Origin: Hormiphora californensis | Lineage: Eukaryota; Animalia; Ctenophora | Direction of reading: 5' to 3' | Assembly (NCBI GenBank): GCA_020137815.1 | Contig: CM035361.1 | Coordinates: forward strand, 1,922,001-1,986,000 | DNA: 64,000 nt | Shown here: one piece after another, positions 41,701 to 52,900 of the stretch | Position numbering within the stretch: position 1 is the stretch's first letter | Layout: every line of letters begins with the position of its first letter | The notes under the pieces: generated by a model | The model's input: the letters and a program-made list of their open reading frames with translations, nothing else | Told to the model about the DNA's origin: nothing | Database searches by the model: none | Translations under genes and position numbers: made by a program

Positions 41701-44700
41701 TGTATACGTCCTCGTTTTAAATCCCTGATTGAGAGAAAATATATATGGCCGATCTGATCAAATCTGACCAACTATGTACAGTAACAATTGCAAAATGATA
41801 CGAGATTTTATTGTTTACTCAAGTTTAATGTTGTAACACAATTGTCAGAACAATAACTCGTCGAGCACTTTACCAGGAATCCCTTCCAAATCAAAGTTAC
41901 ATTAGCAATTCTCTAATGATAAATCGGTTATCGTGGTCAATAAATTTGGGAATTTTCACTGCCTATATTATTACAACCGATTTATATACATTAGCATTAT
42001 CAATGACTGAAGGAATTAGGAAATGGTGCAAAGGTCTCCTGGAAAAAAAATAACCTCATTCGTGGGAAGGAGGTGGTGGAAGCACCAGGGACCACTGAGA
42101 ATTGAAATTCAATTTGTTGAGTTTAGAAGTGATGAGCGAGGAAAGGACAGTTGAGTTGAAAGGTTGTCATTTGTTTGATAGCCTCAATTATTTTTCAAGT
42201 TTCAAGTTTCAATGACTATACGGCCCAGACAGGGCAACTGGGCCAGCTAGTGATATAAACTGAACACTCCTGAGCATCAGAGCGGTATATATCCTGTATA
42301 CCCCGCCGACCCCGCCTGAGCGCACTGTCGCGACATTTGATAATTAAATTGGGGTCTGGGGCTGCCAGACAGGATATACCTCTGACTGAGAGTCTCAGAA
42401 ACTATCCTGATATTCTCAAGCACTTTGACATTAACGCATTAACGCATGAGATTAAAGGGTCTAAAAAGCTAATTTTTGGGGACGTCCAAATTTTTGGGGA
42501 TACAGTCGGGGATAAAGTTGGTACCGAATGGAGTGAACAGAAACATGATTGGACAATAATATTTCCCCGATCATTTTGTCATTTTCCTGCCCTCAAAAAA
42601 ACAATTATCAGTGAGATGTTTTGACAGGACCCTGGACGGCTTAAATTCTCTCTCTCCTAAAAATAAAACATAATATGGGCTGTGTCCAATACGTACTATG
42701 TAGTCAACTATCACGCGATATATCTTGAATCTTCTTCTTTTAGCTAAATAGTTCATTTAATTTGATTTTTTTTTCTAAGCTTATTTTTAACAAATAGGAA
42801 GCGACAGAGAAATAGGGGGAGAGATAGATAGCGAGATAGAAATTAAAGAAGAGAGATATAAAGTCTTCATGGTGATAATCACATTTCAATCTACTTATAA
42901 TAATCACACTTCAATATACTTATCTGTACATCAATCCAGTTAATCTGGGCCATTGCATCGTTAGATTGTTAGAAGGCCCAACCACGAATGTATAGAGAAA
43001 GAGGGAGTGGAAGTGAGAAAGAACGAATGAGAGGGAAATTGCAAAGTGCTTTTTTAGCACTTTGCAATTTCTCTCTCATTCGTTCATTCTCACTTCCAAA
43101 CGATAATCATAATATTTCCGTTATAAAAGCATCACTTTTGACGTGTCCAAAATATTTTTTCAATCATTGCTTTTTTCTGAATACTGTTTCATACTACCGT
43201 TTCATTTTACTTACAGTAGTTTTATATTGAGTGTTCCCTTTTTCCTAAAGTGGTGTAAATTTCCTTTGAAATCCGAATTGGAAGCCGCCATAAATATATT
43301 TCAAAGATCGTTCACTCTCAAGCTGCTCTCTACCATTTACTTGCATTTGACCAGGCAGCTCCACCTTGTTGTGCTACTCAATAACCTTTACAATTGTTAT
43401 GTTACCTTCCACAGATCTCAAACATGCGAGGTCCAATTGGACCATTTAAGAACGGAATTCACCCTAAACCTATGCGATGCCCGAAAGACGTACTACAATC
43501 CTCATGCTGCCCTCCCTTCGCTACCATCCCTTCATCGACCTTCTATATCACGTTAACTGCTGTTAACCTCGCCCTCGCTCCCATCATCCTTATCCTAAAC
43601 CGATGGGTTATCCTCTACCATACATCCAGAAAGGGTAACCGCTCCCTGGCCAGTAAACTGTATATTCATCTAGCGGTATGGGATTGTGTAACCGCGGTAA
43701 CCGCCCTTCTTCACGGGGGTTACATGATATTTTGGTTACTAGGTAACCAGGACTCTATTGTAAACTCGGTCGCCGTGGCAACTGTCTATGTAGCTACGAC
43801 TGTCAGTGTTCGGGGGAGTGTCTTTGCGAACGTGGTCCTGTCCGTTGTACGGAGTGTCAACATTTCAAAACCCTTTTATATGATCCGTAAGACTCTTCTA
43901 ACGGTTGCCATGGTAGCAGTACCAATGACTCTAATTCCCATCGCTGGAGTTGACCTTTGTTACTTTTTCTCCTTTGAGTATGATACCACACCACTATCAG
44001 GCTGGGAATATCGACACTATCACCGACAATTGTTCCTTGGGCCAGGCTTAGGGGTGGGATTGTTTGGCTTTATAATGAAAACCAAACACCATCATTTCTC
44101 AATGAGTGCCGTTATGCACCATTTCTCAAGTGTTTTCTTCCACCTTGCAACCTCTGTTTGTTTGGTTTGTCTAGTGTTTCAAACACGAGCAATATTGAAG
44201 TACAGGAAGAGGCTACAGAAAAATCGAGAAGAATCGGGAGGAGGAGGAGTTTCAGGAAGGATAAAGTATTCTGTTCAGAGCGGTAGCGTGCAACCGCCTG
44301 ATGTTGCGGTTAGGGCAATACAGTGGGGCATTGATCTAGTCCCTCCTTCTGGGATTGAAAGAAATTCAAGAACGCGAGTTGCTACTCGGAGGAGAGATCA
44401 GCGATCATCGGTCACACTTGGTGATCTTGCAATTCCTAGTGTTACTGGAAGTGGACCAGCTAGGAAACAAGGCTCTTTTGAAAGGAGAAGGATTGAAGAA
44501 GAAGGCTCTTTTGAAGGGAGAAGAATTGAAGAAGAAGGCTGTTTTGAAGGTAGAAGGGTTGAATTTGAAAGGAGAGGGATTGAACTTGAAGATCAAGGTG
44601 AAAGGACGAGTGATGAAGATTGTTTTGCTGGAGTTGAGTTAGTAAGATCGACATCTGAAGAGTCTGAAATCGACTGCAGTGGCAGTGAGGTTAAAGCATC

Positions 44701-46416
44701 AGTTATAGTTCACCAAAGTCGTTCGAATGTCATCCCGTCTTTACGGAAAAAAGATGCAACTTTTGAGGTATCAGACTCTTTTGAGGATCATGGCACAACA
44801 GCCTCTCCTCGGTCCTCATCTTTTTCATTATTCAGATTATCTTTAGCGTCCTCCGATTTCTCTTCCTCATCATCATTATCTGTGTTTCCTCGCTCCTCGA
44901 CCTCAACTTTCTCTCAAAGATCACTTTCCTTGTCCTCATCCGATGAGCAAGGTTCATTATGTGATGATGACCACGGCATTGAACCAATTCCCTCATCCCA
45001 ATTTGAGCAGCCTGCAACTAGTGATGACACGGTGCCTCAAGTTGAGCCCAATACAACTCTTCCACATATCCGATCCAATATCACTATCACCCTCCTAACC
45101 CTCTTCTTTATTATTACAAACTCTGTGTACACCGTGGTAGTGTCCAGTACCATAAGCAATGAACCTAGACGGAAATCTGGCTTGAATGCGGATACTTTGG
45201 CGTGGACGTATATAGCAAGTAGTGTGTGCCCCTTGATGAGTTCTCTAGTTAACCCCCTGGTGACAGTTCTAATGGGAAGACATAATGAATTGTGGAGGTT
45301 TATCAAGGATGATGTTTTGAGAATGTTTGGGAAGTTTTTGAAAATTGATCCCAATGGAATTTCCAGCTCTGGTCAGTAGGTATGTTTGGTACACGTAATT
45401 CCACTCCGTTAGACCCTAATAACGATTAAATAGTCAGTGACTCCGTTAGTAGAGTGTTTCTAGACCACAGTCAGACACTAGTAATTATAGTCATAACCAT
45501 TTCTAAAGCTGGTTCTTCTTTGGAGCAGCTGGTCCGTGTTAAGGATCTGACGGTTTACGATAAAGACTTCCTCGGATTCGCCCTTGCTGGGGCGGGGGGA
45601 GGGGGATTAAAGAGCTGTGTGCATTTCAATTGCAAACCTTCACGACTTAATATTTTGACATTTATATTTAATAGATCTGGCTGTAACCCTGAGATGCTTG
45701 TGCTGAAACTGACATTCCTTTTATCATTAATGAAATGTGTCAAAATTTTAATTTACTGGAGGCTTGGCTGTTCCCAATTCCTTCACATCAAATCTTAATG
45801 GTTTGGATCTCGTGTAGCTGACAGCTCTGGTTCAATCAATCGGGATCATTTATTGAGTTCGTGTTACGAAAGCAGGATCGAAAGACATGGATATTCTACG
45901 GAAATTCTTCGTGGGTGACATACAGCAACTTTGCATTTGTGAATTTTTCAAAACGTGAACCCCGGTCGGATTTCTTGAACACGTATTTTTGACTTTAGGA
46001 CGATATATCTAAGACTTGGAACGTCAATCTTGCAACCAAAATGTTCGCCAGACAATTCTCTAGAACACTGGTTTTTGTTAGAACCATTTTGACCAATTTT
46101 TCGATAAGTTTTGATTAGTTTGACGGAACCCGATCATGACCAGTAATCGCAGGTCACGCAAAGACAGTGGGACACCCTGTATATTGTCGATGTTAATCGA
46201 TTAACATGGGCTATTTAGCCCGCTGTGTCACCCACGAAGATTCGTAAAACTAATACGAACTCAATGATATCATTATTTCAAATGCCATGGTCTGATAATC
46301 CTAGAGTGAGGGTGAGGGACCCGTATCTTCCCCATAAGAGACCAACTTACAAGAGTACCCGGGTCACTCACTCACTCACTCTCTCTCTCTCACACTCTCT
46401 CTCACTCTCTCTCTCA

Positions 46417-46460
<44 letters not shown>

Positions 46461-49400
46461 TATTGGCTACTACCTGGTTCTTCTCCCCATGAAATGTAAC
46501 AATTTTTTCAGGTAACGGTTTGTGTGCAGCTATTCTCCACCAATCTGGTGTACCGTTGACGCTGATTGACGCTGTTTTTGTGGCCATCCGGGGATCATCA
46601 ACTCCATTGGATCTGGTTAAAGTTGAACAGGTTGGTTTGGTTTGGTTTGGTTTGGTTTGAATTTGGTTTGGTTTGGTTTGAATTTGGTTTGGTTTGGTTT
46701 GGTTTGGTTTGGTTTGGTTTGGTTTGGTTTGGTTTGGTTTGGTTTGGTTTGGTTTGGTTTGGTTTGGTTTGGTTTGGTTTGGTTTGGTTTGGTTTGGTTT
46801 GGTTTGGTTTGGTTTGGTTTGGTTTTTAGCACTATGGTTCTAAAAACTACATACATATATGAATCAAATGAATATTATTGCTGCTGCAGCTATTTTCTAG
46901 CACATTAAAAAATATCTTCATAGCTCCATTCGTGGAAAGCAGCACCCCATATCGATGCAGTATGGGGTGCTGCTTTCCAGGAACGCAGCTATAAAGAATA
47001 AAGATATTGCAATTTTTTAATGTGCTACAAAATGGGGTCCCCACCTTGTACAGATGGTGTTTCAGGCTGCATCTAGATATTCTAGAACAACCTTTATTCG
47101 ATCTCAATCTTTATCTCATTAAACTGCAACTGTCCCCCCCCCCCCTAACTGTCCATAAACAATTAATAAATCATCTTGATAAATTTGTACAAGGTATTAT
47201 AGACGGGTGGGCCTGGGGTAGTTAATACATATATATCATTGTTTCCAATGTTCCAGTGTCATGATACACCCACCCACTCAACTGATGTGAATTACACTGG
47301 AAACAATGATTATATACACGGTTCCATTTGAACTATCATAAAATGTCTTATATATCTGATTCATCCCATGAAATAATATTTATACATCATGAACTACTTT
47401 ATTTATACATCATGAAATAATATCTTCCTATAATATTTATACATCATCATGAAATAATCTTCCTCAGGAGGGAACTGAGGTGTGGTCCTTTCAGTCTGTA
47501 TCTTGGGGCTTTTTTAGCCTTATCGATATAGAGAGCGAGTCTTACAGGTCATACATATTACTTGATTAAGTGATGCATTCTTGTTAGGCATGAAACGTGT
47601 GATTCTGCTTGTATACAATAATTCCGTGATGTGTGCAATAAATTATACTTATTTTATATTCATACGGGGAAGGAAAATGGAGACCCCCATAAGACAAGTG
47701 TCACTCACTACATATATGGCGAATTCCCCAAAGTTATAATAGGTTGTCATGCATCGTGGGTAGGCGATAGTCGATATATCGACTATCGCCTGCCCACGAT
47801 GCATGACAACAATCTGAGTTACGATCTATATACTCAGATCGTAACTCAGATCGTACTACAGAATTATAAAAAAATATATTTTTATAATATTATCGGAAAT
47901 TGAATGTATATATTTTCCTGAATTTTTATAGACTAAAATAATGATCGTACCCCAGTATTCAAATTTGTCTGTGAGTTTGTTTATTTGTTTATTTGTTTTC
48001 ACTCACATGTCTCTGTATATTTTTCAGGAAAGGGACACCGTATGGTCATTTCTATCTATTGCGTGGGGTCTACTCAGTGCGGTCGACATTGAGAGCGAGA
48101 GACTTCGGTAAATTCCTATACTTGATAACTTTAACATGAAGCATTTTTTGTATGTTCACTGTTCACATGCCTATTATAGCAGCTGTATCACCCATGTTAT
48201 ATCCCTATAAAAGCAGCTGTATCTTGCCTTGTTAGGCCCTGTCTCGCCATATGCACGGTGAAACCTCTTTTACAAGATGTGTTAGGGTTAGAACAAGCTG
48301 GATCCCTGTTATAGCCCTGTTATAGCACCTTGTTGATTGAGTAATTCATCAACCCCCCTCCTCTTATTCAACAAGAAGCAGCTGTGTGTTCTTTAGAATT
48401 ACAGAACTGCATTATTCAATGGAATATAATGTCTCGCCTTGTGAGAGAGTACCACACGGCATACCATTAAAAGCACATTGCTATTAGCACTTTTAAGTTT
48501 CACAGCCCACATACAAATATTATTTGAAATACAGCTGGCTATGCAACAAACAGACGTCAGTGCTATGCCAAGAGAGTGAAATTTGTAAATGTTTAACATC
48601 AAAACATGATACAATATGGTGTTATGAACAATCTGGGGCCTTTTGAAGCATATTATAATTGTGGGATTCTATACGGGCTGGACCACATGTGTACACTGTA
48701 AAACATGTGGGTCAGCCCAGCCCGTACATTAACTAACACAGTAGACTAACACAGTAGACAGTTGACAGTTGGTTGACTAAAGTGTTGGGCTGTCAGTACG
48801 ATGGGTCTGATGGGTCTGACTGCAGTTGTTAGGTCCATCGTCAGTGAGGCCAATCTTCTCACTGAAATATTATACTTTCTGTTTCGTGTTCTGTGTGTTG
48901 TGTCTTTCTTGCACAGATTGATACATATTCAATGAAGCATGTTAAGTGTTTGTCTGTTTGTGCCCTGTTTGTGTGATACTAAATGTTTATTAAATAGATA
49001 TGTATCATACAATGGGGGATGATAGAACGAGAGAACAAAAGAAGACGATATTGTTCTAATCGTCTCCCAATTATAGTATGATTGCATATCTAACCACTAA
49101 ATCTAACTATTAAATCTAACTACTACACTATCTAACTATAATACTGCTAGGTGGATGGGGGAGGCCCGGTTTACTGTTGAAGCGGTTAAAAAACTTGTCT
49201 CCTTCCCGATAAAAAGTGGGAGAGTGTGGTTTAGTAAAATAGAGCAGGATCAGACGGCCAGTTCAGAAGTTCAGGATGCCACGACGTGTACTGCAGAAGC
49301 TAATGGTAAGTTATATTGACACATGGTACAGTCGGAGGGTTCTTTCCTTTAAATCGGAGTGTCCTTTAAATCGGGGTCAAATACTGGCAATTTCCTATTT

Positions 49401-49889
49401 CGGAGGAAGATTATCCTGCCGTTAAATCGTGGTCCGACTGTATTGATCCCAGTTATCCTGACTTAATATTTTGGTTATCCTAGCTCGACTATCTCTCACG
49501 AAAATGTCAAATATACGGGTTATCCAGTATATCCGGGTTATCCGGGATTATTTATCCCCCTAATACTAGCTTCCATTTCGATGAAGCATATATTTGAGTG
49601 TTTTCTCTCCTCATATGCTATACGATCTCTCTCTCTATCTCTCGATCGCTCTATCGGCATATGCTCTCGAATCTCTCTATCTCTTCTCTCTCTCTCAGAT
49701 AGAGAGGAGATGGCTCTTGCAGAGAGACGCTCGCTCTCTCGCTAGCGAGAGAGAGCGCGAAGACGAGCGAGCGCGAGAGGAGAAGAGAGAGATGGAGAGA
49801 GAGCGAGACGAGCGAGCGATGAGAGAGACTGCGTCGCGATAGAGGATCGATCTCGCTAGATCTCGCTTATCTATCTACTATCTTCGAGA

Positions 49890-49986
<97 letters not shown>

Positions 49987-52900
49987 GCAGAGGTAGTTGA
50001 TCAAGCTGATGAAGTAGTGGATAAGGGATCACATAAACAACTCTCCAAAATAACGGAGAGGGTGAGGAATGATAGTTGTGGGAGCAACTCTGATGATGTT
50101 GAGTAAGTTAATTGTTTAATTAATTAATAACAGTAAACAAGTAACAAGTTATGTAAACAAATATTAAGTACACAATGTGTACAATTAGTTTTTTATTTTC
50201 AAAGTCCCCGATATTATTCCTCCCCTATTTTGTGCAGAACAGAACTGGACCCATCCTTTATTTTTATTTACACTCCCCTCCCCCATTTTGTGCAGAACAG
50301 AACTGGATCCTTCCTTTGATTTCTCCGCTTTGAACGAGTCAGATTCAGATGACGCTGAGGTATGAATAAATAATGTCGACTAAATTTGTCTTTACTTTCG
50401 AGATTAGGAGCATGGCATAATCTGCTGAAATTATTTTTTGAAGAGTTGTATAAATCAACAACTTCTTGTATCCCCGTTTCAGAGTTTTATTAATGAGCGA
50501 ATACCAGACAGATCCCGGACCGTTTCAGATTTACCCGCTAACTCATCGGTAAGATGTCCAATACCATTCTAACACCCAGTACCATTTTAAATTACGGTTA
50601 TTACACCTCAAACTATCGGACTTATAATTGTGGGAAGAGTTTCTGCACGCTATTAAATATGACATCGAGGTTTGACTGAATTAATTTTAAATTTAACTCA
50701 CTACATTGGAACGCGTGACTGAATATCTCATCCACCCACCAGAACTCAGTTGAGTGTAAGTGCAGGACCTGTTCGCCACCACAATATATAGGGGATGATG
50801 ATGTTGGGGCTCGTCAGAAACTGGTGGAACAAATCGGACTGAAAGACAAGATACCTGATGATTGGACACTGGTTAGTAATTTGTAATTACAGTCGGACCC
50901 CGATTTAGGGACACCCTTGGGGGAAAGGTTAATTTCCTATATCGGGGGAAAAAAATCCTGTCCCTAAATCGGGGTGCCACTAAATCGGGGGGCCCTAAAT
51001 CGGGGTCCGACTGTAATTATGTAATTATTAATTAATTAGTTAATTAAATTTAGTATCTAATTAAACCAATTTTTGTTTGGTATCTCTTTTTTTTATTATT
51101 TCGAAACTTCTCGAATTCTTACCTTCATTTAAATTATTTGTATCTACGTCAGTAACTCAAAAGACAGGAACCACCCCATGTCAAATGAATGTTTCTCCCA
51201 GTAATACAATTATAGGAGAGTTTTTTATTTGACTTTGACGTAGGCGACTTCCAGTTCCACGATTTGAAATGTCTCAAACTATTTATTTCTCAAACCATTC
51301 TGGATCCTCAATACATATTCAATAACAACCCAAGTGACCACTGACCACCCCCTCTCTCACCAACTGCACCCAATTAATCCTCCCCTCTCTTACCAACCAC
51401 CCAATTAATCCTCCCCTCTCTCACCAACTGCACCCAATTAATCCTCCCCTCTCTCACCAACTGCACCCAATTAATCCTCCCCTCTCTAACCAACTGCACC
51501 CAATTAATCCTCCCCTCTCTCACCAACTGCACCCAATTAATCCTCCCCTCTCTCACCACCCACCTAATTATTCCTCCCCTCTCTGTCAGGTTGACGGCAA
51601 CTTTGCGACCATAATGGCATTTACCCTAACCCACCTTTCTCTGGGATACCAGTGTGCATCTAACTTCCGATTAGACGCCGGTTTTGTCTACCTTATGCAC
51701 AGCGGGGGCGGCTCAAAAAAGGTAAACCAATTAACTAACTAATTAATGTAATTATGTTTCAGCTGGAAGGTCGGTTTGCGTGTGTGACTGCGTTTTTCCA
51801 CTCCCACCTGAGTTTCACATACCCCGTGACACCCTACCTAAGGTTGGATTGTGGGTACATGCTGCTGATGTGGAGCGAGAGCAATAGTTTCGAGAGAACG
51901 GTAGACTGCTGCGTGTTTCATCTCATACAGGTTTGTAGCTATCCCCCGTCAAAGAAATTAATTTCCCAGTGCGCAAAAAATTCGAAGTTCGAATTATGGG
52001 TTTTGATTTTCATCTTGATTCTCGAGTTTTGATCTCATAATTGTGCGTTTGTTGAGTGTATCTCCGGAGAAATAAGATAAGAGAGAGATAAGAGAGAGAT
52101 AAGAGAGAGATAAGAGAGAGATAAGAGAGAGATAAGAGAGAGATAAGAGAGAGATAAGAGAGAGATAAGAGAGAGATAAGATAAGAGAGAGATAAGAGGG
52201 ATGCCTGAAACTAAACCCCCATAAAAAAGTCGCTTGGCAAATTCCCTCGTCGCTCGGCAATTGGTTCGGCAACAACAGGTGGTTTGCCGAGCCAGTCGCT
52301 CGGCTAATCAAGGAAGTCGCCGTGTTTTCACCGCGTTCTTACAGAAAAAGTACATTTTTTCAGCACTTTTTTTCAAAATCTCCTGCTGAAAAATACAAAG
52401 TGCTGAAAAAATGTGCTTTTTCTGTAAGAACGCGGTGAAATCACCGAGATTTCCTTGATTAGCCGAGCGACTGGCTCGGCAAACCACCTGTTGTTGCCGA
52501 ACCAATTGCCGAGCGACGAGGGAATTTGCCAAGCGACTTTTTTATGGGGGAAAGGAGCATCTTTACAGCACCTTAGTTTGACTTTGAGAGCCACAAGAAA
52601 ATAACCCTGATAAAATAGATGGGATAATATGTCCCCCCCCCCTCCCCTCCCCGCCCCATATTTAAATATATGAATCTGACTATTTGAGCAAGGTGGGTAG
52701 GTGGTAGTACCCACCTTTCTCAAAGCCAAGTAGCCAGAGTCATTAACCCAGCAACCTTTGATATATAGAACCGATCGCAAATATTTTATTCGATTTCGAG
52801 GAAATAAAATCTTGCTAGATAAAACTCTATCTATAAAGAAAATTTGCATAAGATTCAATTTCAATTTGAAATTCAATTTCAATTTGAAATTTAAAGTTGA

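Noticed and set aside
42222-42251. Helitron-like 3' end (ggcccag...ctgggcc + CTAGt)
   Set aside because: No 5' end or second copy identifiable in the window
39035-43450. SPHK-GPCR fusion protein by cis-splicing
   Set aside because: Phase-1 donor enters the GPCR exon out of frame and terminates quickly
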